DNA from: Candidatus Micrarchaeota archaeon
GTDB taxonomy: Archaea; Micrarchaeota; Micrarchaeia; Norongarragalinales; Norongarragalinaceae
Assembly: GCA_016207165.1 (NCBI GenBank)
Contig: JACQQD010000012.1
Coordinates: 1 to 64,000 of the forward strand
Direction of reading: 5' to 3'
DNA length: 64,000 nucleotides
Positions 9,195-17,755 of the stretch are shown here, one piece after another; position 1 is the first letter of the stretch; every line of letters starts with the position of its first letter. A program made the translations under genes and the position numbers. The notes beneath the pieces were generated by a model, which ran no database searches, was not told the DNA's origin, and saw nothing but the letters and a program-made list of their open reading frames with translations.

Positions 9195-9365
9195 TTACAA
9201 GTCGGCGGGGTACAGGGTTTGGCGCTTGTTGGCCTTGCAGCGCTTGACGGCTTCGCCCAAAAGCCACTCGACTTTCTTGTCCATTTCGTCGTAGAAGTCT
9301 GCCGAAACGCGGACGCCCGCTTTCTTGGCCTTCTCGCCGACCATTGACTTGACTACTAGAGCCAT
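9195..9365 (-). CDS. short histone-fold protein (56 aa, truncated alpha3, face-to-face/DUF1931-like)
   Basis: MALVVKSMVGEKAKKAGVRVSADFYDEMDKKVEWLLGEAVKRCKANKRQTLYPADL with RxS..RxT..D histone pattern; GGTGAT RBS upstream. Confidence 0.85.
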   Translation of the reverse strand: MALVVKSMVGEKAKKAGVRVSADFYDEMDKKVEWLLGEAVKRCKANKRQTLYPADL

Positions 9366-9459
9366 AGAGAGATCACCTGCAGTGGATACGCATAACGTGT
9401 TTATAAACTTTTCAGAATTCGGGGGATTCAAGGCTCTGCGGCGCGTTTTACCCGTGGCT

Positions 9460-9918
9460 TTAAGTAGGCCTGCGGGTCCAGAAAAACGCCGAGAGCGCGA
9501 CAAGCACGACGAAAAGTTCGGGTAATTCAGGGATGGCCGACGCGTTCTCCTGTAAAACGGGGAACGCGCACGGGTTGCTGGTGGAGCCGTTGACTTGGGC
9601 TTGAAGCGAATAGTTGCCAAGCGTTCGCACGTCGACGATGAAGACGTGTTCGCCGGTTTGCGGGTACACGACGGAAGGAGAAAGAGTGACGGATCCGCCT
9701 TCGGATTGGTACCGCAATTGCATGGATTCGTTGGCCACCGGAGCGCCGTTGACGAAGTAAAACGCGGAGGCGCGCGTGGTGTTCACGCCAATTTGTGGCA
9801 GGGGGCAGTCCAAAGACAGTTGCTCGTGTCCACGGGTTGGGGGGTCAAACGATTCGGCGGCGCCGGCGACAAAAAGCAGGAACAGGACAGCGGCAACCGG
9901 CAGGCGATCCACGTGCAT
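9460..9918 (-). CDS. secreted surface protein with PEF-CTERM-like sorting signal
   Basis: Signal peptide, several NxS/T sequons, C-terminal IPELPE + TM + RR. Confidence 0.7.
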   Translation of the reverse strand: MHVDRLPVAAVLFLLFVAGAAESFDPPTRGHEQLSLDCPLPQIGVNTTRASAFYFVNGAPVANESMQLRYQSEGGSVTLSPSVVYPQTGEHVFIVDVRTLGNYSLQAQVNGSTSNPCAFPVLQENASAIPELPELFVVLVALSAFFWTRRPT

Positions 9919-9946
9919 ACGGTGTGGGTAAAGGGAAAAACGGCTC

Positions 9947-11440
9947 TTAACGCCTTCGGTGGCGGGGCTTGGCGCGCCGACCCAGTTGCCGAAGTTTGTG
10001 CACGGACCCGCGCAGAGCGTGGGCGTTGAAGTACTCGACGCGGTCCAGGACTTGGTCTTCCCGGCGTTCCAGTACGCGCAAGCCGTGGCCGGTCACGCGT
10101 ACGGTCGAATACGCGTCTTGTTGCAGTACCAAGTACATGTTTTTCAGAGGCAAGTACGTCACGGATTTGAGGTAGTCGTTCAGTTGCCCGGCATTGGGAA
10201 GGGGCCGCGCACGCAATCCCGGCAAAAACAGTATGGCGGTGGCCAGCCGGAGGATGGCGGAGACTAAAAACACCCACAAGAGGCCGTGAATGCCAAAAAC
10301 CGTAAAACCGTTTTCCCGGAAGAAGCCGTACAAGACGGCGCCCGCCAAGGCACCGACGAACGCCGAGGCACTTACGGCGACGTTGTACCAGGCCACGAAT
10401 CGAGGGCGTCGAAGCGCGGGTGATGCCTCAATCAAGCGGTTGAACGCCGCCAATTTTTGGCCGGCCCAGAAAATGCCGCTGAACAACTCGATGACGAAAA
10501 AGTATGCGGCGTCGTGGAAGGGCATCAAAAACGCGAGGGGAATCAATGGGATGGCCAGCGCCGTGTACGTCAATACTTTTTGCGAACCCAAGCGATCCGA
10601 CATCTTGCCCCAGTACGGCATGCTCAAGTAGGAACCAAACGCGATGACCGTCAGCAAGGCGGCGTAGACGGGATACGAAAAACCGAGGTCCTCCAAGTAA
10701 TACACGACGAAAAACGGGGCGGCGACCCAGACTGAAAACGCGTACGCCGATGAATAAAAAACGTAATGGACGAAGTGGGGTGCTTGCTTCAAGTCCAGGC
10801 CCCAACCCGGGAAAACTACGGGGCACGTGGGATGCCGGCGTTCGGAAGAACGGAGGAAAAAATGCAGGCCCACCAACCGAGCCAAAGAGGCGCCGACGAA
10901 CAGAACGCCGAAACCGAAAAGCGCTTGGTTGAACGACTCGAAAACGCCGAGCACCAAGCCGCCCAAAAACGTGGCAAACACCAGCACAAAGCCCGTGAAC
11001 TTGTTTCTAACCGCAAAAAAACGGCCTCGCTGAATTTCGGGCACCCAATCGGAAATCCACGCCGTCCAAAACGGGTTGATGACTCCGGCGACCACCGTCA
11101 ACAACGCGTGAACCAGCAAAAGAAACGCCAGCGACTGGCTGAAACCAAAAAAAGAGATTGCCGCCAAACTCGTCCACAAAACCACTTGCAGAAACACGCC
11201 GGCTCGAATGACGGGCAAACGCGTGGCGGAAACCCTTCCCAACCGGATGGAGACGAACTGCGCCAACGCGTGGAGAAGCTGCGGCAAGGCGGAAAGAAGA
11301 CCGATGAACGCGGCGTCGGCGCCCAAACGCAAGGCAAACGCCGGGACAAAGTCGGTGCCCAAGCCCTGCATGACGGCGGCGGCGTTGCCTTCGGAAATGG
11401 ACTGCTTGAGTTGGCGGCTGCGCGTTTTCTTCAATGACAT
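9947..11440 (-). CDS. MFS transporter
   Basis: ~12 TM segments, GKMSDRLG motif. Confidence 0.85.
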   Translation of the reverse strand: MSLKKTRSRQLKQSISEGNAAAVMQGLGTDFVPAFALRLGADAAFIGLLSALPQLLHALAQFVSIRLGRVSATRLPVIRAGVFLQVVLWTSLAAISFFGFSQSLAFLLLVHALLTVVAGVINPFWTAWISDWVPEIQRGRFFAVRNKFTGFVLVFATFLGGLVLGVFESFNQALFGFGVLFVGASLARLVGLHFFLRSSERRHPTCPVVFPGWGLDLKQAPHFVHYVFYSSAYAFSVWVAAPFFVVYYLEDLGFSYPVYAALLTVIAFGSYLSMPYWGKMSDRLGSQKVLTYTALAIPLIPLAFLMPFHDAAYFFVIELFSGIFWAGQKLAAFNRLIEASPALRRPRFVAWYNVAVSASAFVGALAGAVLYGFFRENGFTVFGIHGLLWVFLVSAILRLATAILFLPGLRARPLPNAGQLNDYLKSVTYLPLKNMYLVLQQDAYSTVRVTGHGLRVLERREDQVLDRVEYFNAHALRGSVHKLRQLGRRAKPRHRRR

Positions 11441-11512
11441 GGTGGACCCCGAAGGAAGCTGAAGCGGTTAGGAAGCCGCAGAATAAAAAGAGCAATAACC
11501 GGGAGAAAAAAG

Positions 11513-11596
11513 CGCGGGGGGAGGGACTCGAACCCTCGGATCCTTTTGGGAAAACAGGTTAGCAACCTGCCGCCATAGCCACTAGGCGACCCCCGC
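11513..11596 (-). tRNA. tRNA-Ser(GCT)
   Basis: GCGGGGG..CCCCCGC acceptor stem, CAGG-TTGCTAA-CCTG anticodon arm, long variable arm, GGTTCGAGTCC T-arm. Confidence 0.93.
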
Positions 11597-11665
11597 AAAC
11601 GAATTCAAAAGGCGTTAGGCAGATAGTAGCCGCAACAACTTTTAAACCATGCTTGGCGGGTCCAG

Positions 11666-12403
11666 TTACGCTTTCGCAGTCAGGACGTCAAGAAGATGCC
11701 GGAACTGATTGTGCCCTTCAACCCGCTCCTTCAGGTAGGCCTGACCGTGAACGAATTGATCCGCGTACGGCGAGTCGTCGATGACATGAAGCGCTGAAAC
11801 GGGTTGGCCCAACTGGTGTGCCATGTCCACGCCATGGATGCCTCCGACGACCACGGCATCCAGACGGTCCGCCGCCGCATTGGAGAGCATGAGCGTGGAG
11901 TGGTGGTACGTCAGAGCAAGGTACAAATCCGTCAATTGCTGGTGCGTCAAATTAGGACAGTGTTCGGTAATCGTGTCCCATAAAGCCGGTAAACGTTCCG
12001 CCCGTTTTACGTGGTCTTTAAACTCGGGCAGCTTGTCCTTCATTCGTTTGACAAACAAGTTCCATGAAATCGCATCGCGAACGGGGAAGTTTCGGGCAAT
12101 GGAAAGCGAAGCGTTCAGGCTCTGCAAGGCTTCTTCTTTGGGGCCTTCAAGAGGCACTACGTCAACGCCTTCTTTCTTCGCACGCAAAAAAACGTGGCGC
12201 CAGTACAGGTTTTCCGGGTCCCGTTCTTGTTCGGGAGTAAGCGGCTTGTCGGAATAGTACTCAACCCCGATGCGCGTGATGCGGTGCTGTTTGAGTTGCT
12301 CAAACAAGCGGTCAACGTAGTTTGTGGGAGGATGATGGATTGAATACGCGTCATTTATCATCTTGTGGGTGCTGTGCTCGACCGCAAAAATGTGTTCAAC
12401 CAT
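11666..12403 (-). CDS. hypothetical protein
   Basis: 245-aa ORF with upstream TATA-like TTATAT; no recognisable family. Confidence 0.6.
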   Translation of the reverse strand: MVEHIFAVEHSTHKMINDAYSIHHPPTNYVDRLFEQLKQHRITRIGVEYYSDKPLTPEQERDPENLYWRHVFLRAKKEGVDVVPLEGPKEEALQSLNASLSIARNFPVRDAISWNLFVKRMKDKLPEFKDHVKRAERLPALWDTITEHCPNLTHQQLTDLYLALTYHHSTLMLSNAAADRLDAVVVGGIHGVDMAHQLGQPVSALHVIDDSPYADQFVHGQAYLKERVEGHNQFRHLLDVLTAKA

Positions 12404-12438
12404 AGAAAACAGTTGGGAGTCGCCAGCAGATATAAGCC

Positions 12439-13212
12439 CTAGGAGACTTTCATGAGGTTGTAGGCGTCCAAAACGTTTTCCACTTCAAGAATAGTTAGGC
12501 CAGGTACTTGGGAGGAAACGTCGACTTTTTTTGTCGTGGACGAGCATTCGCGAACGAACGTATTGCCGACGCGGCGGTCGCGGCATTCTTCAACCACGAC
12601 GTTCTGCGTGGATTCGCCGACGGGTACCAGCAACGTCGGGTAACCGGCTTGCCGGACTGCCTGCGCTTTTTCCAAAATCTTGCCTACGGGTCCGATGCGT
12701 CCGTCCGCCTCCACGGTGCCGGTAAACAAGACGTCGGAGCGGAGTTTTTCGCCGCGAAGCGCCGCCATGGTGGCCACCGTCGCCGCGGCGCCGGCGGAGC
12801 GGCCTCCGACGACGTCGGATTCCGTGGAAAACGAGTAAAACACGTCCAGGTTGCGGGTGGAACCGGAGGCGGCGTTCTTCGCGACGTCCAACGCGATGCG
12901 GAGGCTGGACTGCGTGTCGGCGTTCACCAATGGGCTGTCGTTGACGCCGATGTAGACTTTACCGGAACCGGTTTTGACTTCCACGGAAAACGACGCCAAC
13001 GCCCCGGAGCCTTGGCGGTCAACGGCCGGCAATTCCAACGTCACTTTGCGGGAGATTTCAGGCGGCGAGACGAATTCCTGGGCGGCGGGAGCGGGAAGAG
13101 GCTGGAATTCGGGTTGGGCTTGAAGGGAGACGTTGGAGGCGTAACCCAGGAAAAACGCCATCAAAACCGAGATGACGAGCAATCCAATGAAAATGGTGCG
13201 CATGCAATCCAA
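12439..13212 (-). CDS. membrane-anchored Lon-like (S16) serine protease domain protein
   Basis: N-terminal TM; GGRSAGAA (catalytic Ser) and GPVGKILEK (catalytic Lys). Confidence 0.85.
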   Translation of the reverse strand: MDCMRTIFIGLLVISVLMAFFLGYASNVSLQAQPEFQPLPAPAAQEFVSPPEISRKVTLELPAVDRQGSGALASFSVEVKTGSGKVYIGVNDSPLVNADTQSSLRIALDVAKNAASGSTRNLDVFYSFSTESDVVGGRSAGAAATVATMAALRGEKLRSDVLFTGTVEADGRIGPVGKILEKAQAVRQAGYPTLLVPVGESTQNVVVEECRDRRVGNTFVRECSSTTKKVDVSSQVPGLTILEVENVLDAYNLMKVS

Positions 13213-13254
13213 TAATCAAGCCGCAAAGCCAATAAAAACGTGCGTCCTTGAAGC

Positions 13255-13794
13255 GTGTACCAAATGGATCAATTCATTGCCGATTTGGGGCGGCTGCATG
13301 GATGGCAGTACATGGGTTCCGAGGGAAGTAAAACCGGCCGTGTGGAAAACCCGTCCCGCCAAGCGCCGCTGATGTACTTCCAAGCTCCCTTGAAAAAACT
13401 TTTGAAACAGGTGGAAGCTAACTGCTGGAAGTTACGCGATTCGGCCCTCAAGGGCGACAAGCCGCAGAAAGCGCGGAAGTGGGCTGAACGGGCCGCTTAC
13501 TATGGAGCGTGCGGTGCCGGCCTACCCGACAGCGCCCAAGAGAAGGAATTGCTTGCCCAACTGAACGCCGATGTCCGGGCGCACCTGGCACCGGCAATTC
13601 TGAACTTGTTTAACCGGAAAGGGTTGCCAGGCAATGCCTCGTTCGTCACGGTTTTTGCCATGGTGCACAAAGAGAAACAAAAAACATGGGTCCACTTGGC
13701 GCTGCTTGCCTTCGCTCGCGCTTTAAATGGAAAAGTGCAACGGGCGTTCCCAGCCGTGGAGCGCGGTTTTGCACGCAAGAGAGTCCAGGTTTAA
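13255..13794 (+). CDS. hypothetical protein (3' end overlaps SRP RNA antisense)
   Basis: 179-aa ORF, no recognised motif. Confidence 0.45.
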   Translation: MYQMDQFIADLGRLHGWQYMGSEGSKTGRVENPSRQAPLMYFQAPLKKLLKQVEANCWKLRDSALKGDKPQKARKWAERAAYYGACGAGLPDSAQEKELLAQLNADVRAHLAPAILNLFNRKGLPGNASFVTVFAMVHKEKQKTWVHLALLAFARALNGKVQRAFPAVERGFARKRVQV

Positions 13795-14006
13795 GCTCAG
13801 TCTTGGATCTTGCAAGCACGCGTTTCAATGCTTAGAGTTGCTCCTTCCGGCCTGGCTCGGTTCGCGTTGGACCGCGTAACGCAAGGCAAAACGTCGACGC
13901 CGCCACCCGGGCCTGCGCGCAAGCGCCACGCCCGCCGACCGGGATTCGTCCACCTCAAAGGAGTTGGTGCGGGAGAGGATCCTTAGCCCTCCGACTAGCC
14001 CGTTGC
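13737..14006 (-). ncRNA. ffs: SRP (7S) RNA
   Basis: Helix 8 motif GCCAGGCCGGAAGGAGCAAC; terminal helix GCAACGGGC/GCCCGTTGC; TTTTAATT promoter-like element upstream and T-run downstream. Confidence 0.9.
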
Positions 14007-14060
14007 AAGGAAAAACAATGTCGTTGATACAATTAAAAGCCGTGCGTTCGCGGTCGCCTA

Positions 14061-14459
14061 CTACAGGGTTTTCAGCCGGTCGCGGACGTTCCGCATGGGG
14101 GGCAACAACGAAGTGGGCGGGCCGTGCGCGGAAAAGCGTACCACCGTGCGCGAGGGCACGTGATCCTCTTCGTACTTGTGGAGCCACGGACTGGAGTGGT
14201 TTTGGAAGTGCCGGTCCAAAATGGCGTCAAGTTGTCTCTCGAATTCCTCTGCGGTGGCGGGATTGGGGTGTTGAATTTCGACGGAGAGCGTGTTTTGGTG
14301 TTCGGCCACGTTCCGTACCGGGCCGCTTGGGGACCGGACATAGCCATGGATGCGGGAATCCACTGTGACGTTCAGGATGCGGCTTCCCTTTTCTCGGACG
14401 AAGCGTTGGAAGTGGCCGAACAAGTCACCGTGAAACTCCGACCAAGCGCCAAGGCCCAT
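14061..14459 (-). CDS. hypothetical protein
   Basis: 132-aa ORF with upstream TTTAATA element. Confidence 0.5.
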   Translation of the reverse strand: MGLGAWSEFHGDLFGHFQRFVREKGSRILNVTVDSRIHGYVRSPSGPVRNVAEHQNTLSVEIQHPNPATAEEFERQLDAILDRHFQNHSSPWLHKYEEDHVPSRTVVRFSAHGPPTSLLPPMRNVRDRLKTL

Positions 14460-14558
14460 GTCCTGTAATCGGGGAAGAAACCTTTATTAAAACGCCTGGA
14501 AACTAGAGTTGCAACGTTGAATTCAACGCGTTTTCTTTTTTCAAAAGGGGGTTTTCGA

Positions 14559-15638
14559 ATGGAGGACTTGGTCAAGGAAGCAATGGACAAGAAGATGGCT
14601 TTGGATGTCCGCGGAAGCGACGACATTTTTGAAACTCCCCGCATCATGGTCGTTGGAACGGGGGGAGCGGGCTGCAATTCCGTGAACCGGCTGGCCAAAG
14701 CAGGCATCAAGGGCGCGGAACTCATTGCCATTAACACCGACAAAATGCATTTGCTGACTATTTCCGACTCCGTCAAGAAGCTCTTGATTGGCGCGTCGCT
14801 CACGCGGGGCCTTGGGGCAGGAGGGTATCCTGAAATGGGGGCCAAGTGCGCCGACGTCTCGCGGGAAGCGTTGGAAAAGACGTTTGACAAGGCGGACATG
14901 GTGTTTCTCACGTGCGGTATGGGCGGCGGGACCGGTACGGGTTCGGCTCCGGTGCTGGCGGAAATCGGGAAATCCAAGGGGGCCATCGTCATCTCGATTG
15001 TCACGTATCCTTTTGCGTTGGAGCGCGCGCGGCTGGCGAAAGCCGACCAAGGCATTGACAACCTCAAAAGCCAATCCGACACGCTGATTGTCATCGACAA
15101 CAACCGCTTGGTGCAGTTGGTGCCGAATTTGCCCATTGACCAGGCTTTTAACGTGGCCGACGAAATCATTGCGCGCGCAGTCCGCGGCATCACGGAAACC
15201 ATCACGACTCCAAGTTTAATCAACTTGGATTTTGCCGACGTGCGGGCCGTCATGTCCAACGGCGGCGTGTCCATGATTGCCGTTGGCGAATCCAAGGGAA
15301 ACAATCGCGTGGACGACGTCGTGAAAAACACGTTGCACAACGTGCTGTTGGATGTTGACTACGCTGGCGCGCGAGGCGTTTTGCTGCATGTGACGGGCGG
15401 TCCGGACATGACGTTGGGTGAATGCAACCAGATTGGCGAGATGTTGACGGAGAAAGTGGATCCGAACGCCACCGTGATTTGGGGGGCGCGCATTGACCCC
15501 ACCATGGAAGGCAAAATCGAGGTCATCGCGATTTTCACCGGCATCCAGTCGCCGTATGTCTTGGGCAAGAAAGTCGTGGCCCAGGAAACCGGTCGCAAAG
15601 CCATGGCTGGCCACGTGGACGACATCGAGTTTCTGTAG
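14559..15638 (+). CDS. ftsZ: cell division protein FtsZ (FtsZ2 type)
   Basis: GGAG, GMGGGTGTG, NLDFAD motifs; PRIMVVG and FALERAR resemble archaeal FtsZ2. Confidence 0.95.
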   Translation: MEDLVKEAMDKKMALDVRGSDDIFETPRIMVVGTGGAGCNSVNRLAKAGIKGAELIAINTDKMHLLTISDSVKKLLIGASLTRGLGAGGYPEMGAKCADVSREALEKTFDKADMVFLTCGMGGGTGTGSAPVLAEIGKSKGAIVISIVTYPFALERARLAKADQGIDNLKSQSDTLIVIDNNRLVQLVPNLPIDQAFNVADEIIARAVRGITETITTPSLINLDFADVRAVMSNGGVSMIAVGESKGNNRVDDVVKNTLHNVLLDVDYAGARGVLLHVTGGPDMTLGECNQIGEMLTEKVDPNATVIWGARIDPTMEGKIEVIAIFTGIQSPYVLGKKVVAQETGRKAMAGHVDDIEFL

Positions 15639-15935
15639 ACCAAATCAAAAGAGATTTAGGGCATCAGACTCTCAAGGCAAAACGGCTGACTCCAACTGGA
15701 TTTAGGGCTTCAGCGCGTCGTGGGCCATACGCGCCGAGTCATCAAAAAGTATACGGCAAACGCCTAAACGACGAACAAGTGGGAGAGGGCCCGGGTGCAT
15801 CGATCTTCTCGGTGGGGAGAGAATCAGAAAAGCGCACCCGGAACCCAAATTTTTCTGTTGGTGGGGTTAAACCAGTTTTCCTGCCTGCAAAGGCCGGTTA
15901 AACCGGTTTAAATGTGATTCTTGGCCTGCATCCAT

Positions 15936-16337
15936 CTACTTCGTCGTGAAGTAGACTTTCTTTCCCGCCTGGTGCTTGACTAGCAAACCCAAACGGAAAA
16001 GCGCGTTGAGCCGCGCGGAGGCGGCATTGCTTCCTTTGTAATTGAATTTCTCTTGGACGTCCTGCGCCGTCACCTTCGACGCTGTGGAAACGAAATCCAT
16101 GATGTCCTGGTCCACGTCGGCAATGATGGGTTGAGCGTTGGAAGGCGTTAACGCGGAGTTCGCGGCGGAAAGCCGGGATTCGATGCGGTCCAGTTTCGCG
16201 TTGATTTCCTTGAGGACCAAGTTCGTCGAAGTCCGCTCCTCGTGCAATGCTTGAAGCAGGGCGCCGACGACCAAGGGGTCTTTCATGTCGGCCTGGAACT
16301 TGTGAAAGTCCTTTGCGATTTCCTCAAACCCAGCCAT
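15936..16337 (-). CDS. coiled-coil + winged-helix DNA-binding protein
   Basis: Heptad region (LKEINAKLDRIESRL); C-terminal wHTH (AQDVQEKF..ASARLNALFRLGLLVK..GKKVYF). Confidence 0.7.
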   Translation of the reverse strand: MAGFEEIAKDFHKFQADMKDPLVVGALLQALHEERTSTNLVLKEINAKLDRIESRLSAANSALTPSNAQPIIADVDQDIMDFVSTASKVTAQDVQEKFNYKGSNAASARLNALFRLGLLVKHQAGKKVYFTTK

Positions 16338-16380
16338 TGGAAAACCCTTTTATTTCCCGCCGCAGTAAGGGGGAGAGTGT

Positions 16381-16442
16381 TCGTGAAATGCGTCAAGACG
16401 TTGTCTTGAAACAATCACGAACAAGTCATGATATCATCATGA
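16381..16442. repeat. array of six TCNNGA hexamers at ~11-bp period
   Basis: TCGTGA 16381, TCAAGA 16393, TCTTGA 16404, TCACGA 16415, TCATGA 16426, TCATGA 16437. Confidence 0.8.
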
Positions 16443-16553
16443 CACATATTTAAACCTTTTGCTTGCCTTTCATTTGGTATTCAGGCCTATTACCAGGCGG
16501 TTTGCGGGCATGGGGGCGGCGGTTTTAAATGGGTTCGCCGCGTAGGTGGGGTC

Positions 16554-17081
16554 ATGGGGTTGGCGGATGACTACGTGCTGCGGCTTTTGGAAGCCTTCAA
16601 ACAGGGCCGCATGAATGACGTGAAGACGTTTAGCGGGGACGCGGCGCGCGAGGCGTTCGTGCATGAAGACGTCGACTTAGTCAATGTTTCCCTGATTGCC
16701 TACGCGTTGTACAAGTTGGACCAGAAAAGCTACATCCGCGACAGCAAAGCCTGGAAAAAGTTCCGCCAAAAGGCGTTGGATGTCTTGGAAGCCTGCAAGA
16801 AAAAGGAGTCCGACAACCACCAAATCCACGACTTGCTTCACGGCGTGCACGAGTTAAGCCTCAAGTTCGGGCGTTTTGCGCAAAGCGTGGTGGAAAAGGG
16901 AAGGCTGAAAGCCGCGGCGCAAATGTACGCACACGGCGCTTCCCTGGGAAAAGCCGTGGAGCTTTCCGGCGCGCCCATTCAAGAAGTCGCCTCCTACATT
17001 GGGGCCACGAACATTGCGGAAAAGTATGAGACGCAGCCCATTGCCAAGCGCCTCAAGACCGTCCGGAGCTTGTTTTCATGA
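16554..17081 (+). CDS. protein with C-terminal UPF0175-like HTH
   Basis: AQMYAHGASLGKAVELSG resembles the UPF0175 antitoxin HTH; ATGA overlap with PIN gene. Confidence 0.6.
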   Translation: MGLADDYVLRLLEAFKQGRMNDVKTFSGDAAREAFVHEDVDLVNVSLIAYALYKLDQKSYIRDSKAWKKFRQKALDVLEACKKKESDNHQIHDLLHGVHELSLKFGRFAQSVVEKGRLKAAAQMYAHGASLGKAVELSGAPIQEVASYIGATNIAEKYETQPIAKRLKTVRSLFS

Positions 17082-17755
17082 ACTTTGTCTGCGACAGTTC
17101 GACGCTCATCTCGTTGGGCGAAACCTGCACGTTGGGCGCGTTGACGTTTTTGAAGGAGAAGACGGGCGCGCGGTTCTTGGTGCCGCCGGCGGTGGTCTTT
17201 GAAAGCATGCAGCACCCCGAACAAATCAAGCGGTACGCGTTTTCGGGGTACAAAATACAGCATCAACTGGAAGCCGGCGTCCTGGAGGCCACGCCGCCGA
17301 CGAAGAATTTGGAGCAAAATGCCCGTGAAATCCTGGGGCAAGCCAACCGCGTGTTTTCCGTCAACAAGAAACCCCTTAAAGTGCTTCAAATCGGGGAAGC
17401 AGAGTGCCTGGCCGCATACAACGCAGAAGCGGCGAAAGGCGTTCTGGTGGACGAGAAGACGACGCGGCTGTTCATCGAGGACCCCACGCTTCTCAAGGAG
17501 AGTCTGTCCGCGGAGTACCACCGGCCCGTGGAAGTCAACCGGGACGCCTGGGAGGCCGTTCGGAAGTTCACCGGCGGCATGGTGGCGGTTCGGTCCACCG
17601 AGATTTTGGCCATGGCCTACGAATACGGTTTTTTTGACGGGTACCAACAAAACGCCGCCAACGCCTTTCATTCCGCGTTGTACGCCCTGCGCAACGCCGG
17701 GTGCTCCATTACGTCGCACGAACTCTTGGAGTACCAGCGCGTCCAAAAGACCTAG
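17078..17755 (+). CDS. PIN-domain protein (DUF3368-like)
   Basis: VCDSSTLI, GEAECLA and VDEKTTR acidic PIN motifs. Confidence 0.75.
   Translation: MNFVCDSSTLISLGETCTLGALTFLKEKTGARFLVPPAVVFESMQHPEQIKRYAFSGYKIQHQLEAGVLEATPPTKNLEQNAREILGQANRVFSVNKKPLKVLQIGEAECLAAYNAEAAKGVLVDEKTTRLFIEDPTLLKESLSAEYHRPVEVNRDAWEAVRKFTGGMVAVRSTEILAMAYEYGFFDGYQQNAANAFHSALYALRNAGCSITSHELLEYQRVQKT

Noticed and set aside
15640-15935. RNase P RNA or hammerhead ribozyme
   Set aside because: Lacks the GAGGAAAGUCC P4 motif and a complete CUGAUGA..GAAA core
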